Positions 38,102 through 38,551 of a DNA stretch of 38,551 bases are shown here, one piece after another. Below the pieces are notes generated by a model. The model was given only the letters and a program-made list of their open reading frames with translations, did not search any database and had not been told where the DNA came from. Within the stretch, counting starts at the first letter, position 1. Each line of letters begins with the position of its first letter. The stretch is from sequence record SRR16203515_4350, one strand, 5' to 3'. Position numbers and translations under genes: made by a program.

Positions 38102-38551
38102 TTATGAACGCCATGCTTGGTTCTTCAGGAACTGGCCAAAGCCTTGCTCGCCTGTCCAGTAGCGGATAGTGTTTTCAACACCGTTACTGGTTAGGGTTGC
38201 ACCTGAAAGCGCATCGATTGTATGAGGATTGCTTGGGTTTGCACCTTTTACTACGCGGATAGCAACTTCACCATCTTCATAGAGTTTTTTGCCATCCCAC
38301 TTGTCCTGCCATGCAGGGTTTTGCACCTCACCACCTAATCCTGGCGTTTCTTTTTGCTGATAGTAAATAAGCTCACGAACCGTTTGGCCGTCGGCGTCTA
38401 CCGCTAAGAAACCGTACATAAGATCCCACAGACCACTACCGTGTACCGGCAAGATAATCCGTGAAACATCACCGGCAGGGTCGCGTACTAAGTACACACT
38501 GGCAACATCTGGACGACGCTGGAAGCCAACATTGCTGTTAGTAACCTTAGT
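38102..38551 (-). CDS. nqrC: Na+-NQR subunit C (5' end outside the window)
   Basis: Frame is open to the window edge; [26 protein letters not shown] (FMN-carrying Thr). Confidence 0.98.
   Translation of the reverse strand, partial: TKVTNSNVGFQRRPDVASVYLVRDPAGDVSRIILPVHGSGLWDLMYGFLAVDADGQTVRELIYYQQKETPGLGGEVQNPAWQDKWDGKKLYEDGEVAIRVVKGANPSNPHTIDALSGATLTSNGVENTIRYWTGEQGFGQFLKNQAWRS

Overview
Ordinary-looking chromosomal segment of a marine gammaproteobacterium. Gene content (nqrCDEF-apbE-nqrM, a PEP-CTERM-like protein, a marine VOC glyoxalase) suggests Alteromonadaceae; this is an inference. About 37 CDS; I see no rRNA, tRNA, CRISPR, integrase or transposase. The most unusual block is 6.9-16.8 kb: a compact cellulose operon (unknown 2-TM gene, bcsA, bcsB, bcsZ, short bcsC) with no bcsQ/R/E/F/G/D. 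Its BcsA, GH8 and BcsC N-terminus look alphaproteobacterial (Rhodobacter/Agrobacterium-like) yet it keeps a BcsC barrel, and it converges on and overlaps a repeat-expanded choice-of-anchor A/PEP-CTERM-like gene. Other points of note: a stand-alone LPD1/HExxH protein coupled to fldB, an orphan exbD, an EAL-domain remnant, a dehydratase/secreted amidohydrolase/APC/MBL operon, and a LexA box before dinB-DUF1653. Family calls come from motif recognition and recall, not database searches.
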